Virus record (IMG/VR): IMGVR_UViG_3300048854_000267
Span: 1 to 48,860 of that record
From: a virus
Lineage: Duplodnaviria; Caudoviricetes
Reading direction: 5' to 3' (one strand)
DNA length: 48,860 nt
The first letter of the stretch is position 1. The number at the start of each line of letters is the position of its first letter. The translations under genes were made by a program, and so were the position numbers. Below, piece by piece: positions 46,248 to 48,860 of the stretch. Below the pieces are notes generated by a model. It did not search any database, had not been told where the DNA came from, and saw nothing but the letters and a program-made list of their open reading frames with translations.

Positions 46248-47492
46248 TTACCATGCAGGGATATACCGAATCGTCCCGTTGTCGTTGATCGGAATCCACT
46301 TAGTTGGGTTTCCCGCAACAGGGGCATTCGTCAAGGTTCCCGTAGCGGCGGCTGCACCATTAGTGAAAGCCGTATATGTGCGAATCAGTGTGGCACTACT
46401 AATGGATAGGGAACCGCCTACCTGAAGGTTCTCTGCTCCTGCTGTTGGCGTGGAAGAGCCGATCTGGAGATTGCCAGCAAGGTAGTTGTTAGCTGTACCA
46501 TCCATATAAACATTCCATCTGCCAGCAGCAGCCGGAATTTGCCCACGGAAACCGTAGTTGTTTGTTGCGCCTACAAGGCTAGGACGTACACGGAATCCAT
46601 ACTGACTAACCACTGTAGAGCCAGCACCAATGGTTCCTTGTGCCGCATCAAAGTAATTAATCTCGGTTATTGTGAAGGAGGCAGCTTGCGTAGACGGCTG
46701 TGCGTAATTGATACTGGCTGAAGTGGTAACGCCCGATTGGATAGTGTTGGCGTTTACTATACCGAAAGCAGTAGTTCCACCAGTGATGGGTGCAGAAGTC
46801 TGGATGACCGAGGTAGTTGGTGCAGAGCCTACCCCTATGTTCCCCATCGTCACCCCATTGATCGTGCCGCCTGTTATAGCTATGCTGGTGGCCGATTGGG
46901 TAGCCATAGTTCCTAGCCCGAGATTGGTACGCGCAGTTGTAGCATTCGATAGGTCACTTAGATTATTTGCGGTTGCAGCAGCACCAGTAACATCCGTAAC
47001 AGCAAGAGTGATATCCCCTATACGTCCGGCAACTTTCTGTACAGGTGCCACAGAAGCAGCCTGTGACGCATTGACACCACCAATGTTTGCTAGGGAAGCA
47101 GCCGGGTCTACAACATCGCTCAGATTGCTTGCTTTCTTCAATGAGCTTGTTAGAGTAGTTGTAGCCGAACTGGCCGAAGCAGCCGCGTCTTGAGCGCTCA
47201 GGGAAGCTGCATTTGCTGAAGCAATGGCACTGTTGGAGGCTGCTGTGGCGCTCTCTACCTGTGCTGTAATAGAAACACTGTCCACCAGAACATCTTGCGC
47301 GTTAATCGTTCCTACATTCAGTAGGTTGTTACCATTCAGGTCAACATCGTTTAGAAGCTGATTGGGCTCTGTACCGGGATTCTGCCGATACAGCACCGCA
47401 TTATTCAATGCATCTGCAATCTTTGAGAAATTGCTATTCAGTGTCGAGAGATTGGTTCCATTCGTCACTGTAGGTAGGGTAATCTTGCTCAA
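46248..47492 (-). CDS. tail fibre / receptor-binding protein (414 aa)
   Basis: N-terminus paralogous to the tailspike; A/S-rich coil; NNLSDL....ARTNLGLG fibre motif. Confidence 0.85.
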   Translation of the reverse strand: MSKITLPTVTNGTNLSTLNSNFSKIADALNNAVLYRQNPGTEPNQLLNDVDLNGNNLLNVGTINAQDVLVDSVSITAQVESATAASNSAIASANAASLSAQDAAASASSATTTLTSSLKKASNLSDVVDPAASLANIGGVNASQAASVAPVQKVAGRIGDITLAVTDVTGAAATANNLSDLSNATTARTNLGLGTMATQSATSIAITGGTINGVTMGNIGVGSAPTTSVIQTSAPITGGTTAFGIVNANTIQSGVTTSASINYAQPSTQAASFTITEINYFDAAQGTIGAGSTVVSQYGFRVRPSLVGATNNYGFRGQIPAAAGRWNVYMDGTANNYLAGNLQIGSSTPTAGAENLQVGGSLSISSATLIRTYTAFTNGAAAATGTLTNAPVAGNPTKWIPINDNGTIRYIPAW

Positions 47493-47701
47493 GGCAGAGA
47501 ATCCTCATCTTGTATTTGTTGTTTGCCTTTCCATTCCCTGTACCACACCCAAGCCTTATGCCCAATCAACATAGAAATATAAAGGGCTGTGGCGACATTG
47601 ATGAAGATGGGGATAAGGGCGATTAGATTGGCTCCAGACACGCCTGCGGCAATAGGAACTGCTACAGCGGGATTTGAAGCCACATCGGTAATAAGGCTCA
47701 T
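47489..47701 (-). CDS. putative holin / pinholin (70 aa)
   Basis: Two hydrophobic segments, charged C-terminus; GAGGTG RBS; no other holin candidate in the late arm. Confidence 0.6.
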   Translation of the reverse strand: MSLITDVASNPAVAVPIAAGVSGANLIALIPIFINVATALYISMLIGHKAWVWYREWKGKQQIQDEDSLP

Positions 47702-47733
47702 TGCTTCACCTCATTAGAAATTCTTTTGCTCAT
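47698..47733 (-). CDS. 11-aa leader mini-ORF MSKRISNEVKQ
   Basis: AGGAG RBS 5 nt upstream; TGA overlaps the holin ATG. Confidence 0.45.
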   Translation of the reverse strand: MSKRISNEVKQ

Positions 47734-47759
47734 TTATTCTCCTAGTTGGTCCTTCTCTC

Positions 47760-47809
47760 CATTTATCGGGCCAATTAGTTATTTATTACTTCCAAGTCCA
47801 ATTGTTGAC
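47760..47809 (-). promoter_or_regulatory. tandem putative phage-sigma promoters heading the late arm
   Basis: GTCAAC-N17-ATAAATA (47780-47809) and AGTAAT-N18-ATAAATG (47760-47790). Confidence 0.65.
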
Positions 47810-48190
47810 ATTTCTCTGAGAAATTTAGAAGGTGAAGTGCACATAGCATCAGACCCCCAACACCCCCGGGAGGGGCTTGCTGCGCTGCATCAATTCCGCC
47901 TTCGGCATTCGATAGACGACATTACTCCTATAATGTCGTGTTTGAGTTGTTACACATTTCTAAGGGAATACCCTGTTGACAAGAACGTCACTGCGTGACA
48001 TGTAGGTGCCTATGTTTGGGGCACAATGACCCTGTGAGGCAATATTCATTGGAGTATGCAGGGGTGCAAACTGGCGCAAACCCAAGCTGGATAAGGCTGT
48101 ACGCCCTACGGGCAGGTATTAAAAACACGCCTACGGCATCGCTAGATGTGTTGCTCACAATACACATAGGGAATACACCTATAGGTACGT
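47810..48190. other. divergent non-coding region, probable location of the genome termini
   Basis: Longest gene-free stretch; both arms diverge from it; several inverted repeats. Confidence 0.55.
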
Positions 48191-48194
48191 ATGC

Positions 48195-48223
48195 TTGACA
48201 CTTTGTAACTAGATGTGTAAACT
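48195..48223 (+). promoter_or_regulatory. sigma70-type early promoter TTGACA-N17-TAAACT containing GACACTTTGTAAC (copy 4)
   Basis: TTGACA 48195-48200, TAAACT 48218-48223; first promoter of the early arm. Confidence 0.82.
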
Positions 48224-48264
48224 AGCTTTCATGGTGCTGCGACATAGCACTAACACACTGGAGA

Positions 48265-48690
48265 ATGACCATGGCATTGAACGACAAGCAACGCGAGTTG
48301 ATTAACAACTGCCTGATTGCGATGGGACAAGAAACAATCACATCGATCCATGATGAACAGATTGCCGCAAACACGATCGATGCACAGATCAATGAGTGCG
48401 GCATGTGGGATGCGTACGATGCTGCGGATTCGATTCGTGATTCACGTCAGCAGGTTGTTCGTGTTCAATATGCAGACAACAAAGCTATCATCAACGCGCC
48501 TGTGTACGCTGTTGGTGATCGTGTTAAAGAAAACAACTATGGACACATTGGTACTGTGGTTGATGTGCGTAATGATGCGCATGTGACGTGGTACAAGGTG
48601 ATGTACACGACAGCAATGAAAGATGTATTTAGCGAGCACTTGGCGTCTGAACTGTCGCGCCCTGTTCCGTTTGGATGGGACAAGGTGTGA
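48265..48690 (+). CDS. hypothetical early protein (141 aa) with C-terminal SH3/KOW-like module
   Basis: GGAG RBS (start may be ATG 48271); YAVGDRVK....GHIGTVVDV. Confidence 0.8.
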   Translation: MTMALNDKQRELINNCLIAMGQETITSIHDEQIAANTIDAQINECGMWDAYDAADSIRDSRQQVVRVQYADNKAIINAPVYAVGDRVKENNYGHIGTVVDVRNDAHVTWYKVMYTTAMKDVFSEHLASELSRPVPFGWDKV

Positions 48691-48860
48691 TGTTGAATTG
48701 GCACATGCGCGAATACTGGGTGACACTGTTAGTTGACGGTGTCTTTCTGGTTCGCATATATGAAGGTAGCGCGCCTAGGCATGCTGAAGCAATGGCTAAG
48801 CTGGAATATCCAGACGCACACATCATCAATACACAGCCTGCAATGGGATGGGACAAATGA
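48690..48860 (+). CDS. small hypothetical early protein (56 aa)
   Basis: TGATG coupling; stop is the last base of the window. Confidence 0.65.
   Translation: MLNWHMREYWVTLLVDGVFLVRIYEGSAPRHAEAMAKLEYPDAHIINTQPAMGWDK

Noticed and set aside
47805-48004. TTGACA at 47805 and 47976, TATAAT at 47929 as sigma70 promoters
   Set aside because: No properly spaced partner hexamer
1-48860. Assignment to LUZ24/phiEco32-like phages, or a prophage
   Set aside because: The ligase cluster is shared, but capsid and tail sequences look PA11/CW02-like from recall (needs a terL/MCP phylogeny); no integrase, repressor or host genes seen

Overview
The window looks like an essentially complete, circularly permuted ~48.9 kb lytic podophage genome. 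Its gene content most resembles, from recall, the PA11/CW02/RIO-1/ICP2 group (Zobellviridae-like). No integrase, tRNA or CRISPR array was recognised. The + arm (48265-48860 continuing into 1-22903) carries small early genes, then a 9-10 gene amide-bond cluster (class I and class II glutamine amidotransferases, two ATP-grasp enzymes, a COOH-NH2 ligase, an amidoligase and a lipoprotein). It continues with primase-helicase, an ECF-like sigma factor, family A DNA polymerase, SSB, nucleases, ThyX, a metallophosphoesterase and class Ia RNR. The - arm (47733 to 22987) carries holin, two receptor-binding proteins with paralogous N-termini, SAR endolysin, nested Rz/Rz1, terminase, portal, scaffold, capsid, tail tube proteins, a GNAT and ejection proteins. 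The arms converge at a terminator near 22.9 kb and diverge from a non-coding region at 47.7-48.3 kb. Read directly from the DNA, the highlights are: (1) a bipartite motif, NKKAAH-N18-RTAAATA, at seven sites, probably the promoter of the phage sigma factor; (2) a second repeated element, CACGTC-N9-GACACTTTGTAAC, in the early region, two copies of which bracket an ATP-grasp + lipoprotein cassette; (3) a structural gene that appears to start at a non-canonical ATT codon; (4) a transglycosylase-HExxH fusion protein. Family assignments come from motif recognition by eye, not database searches.
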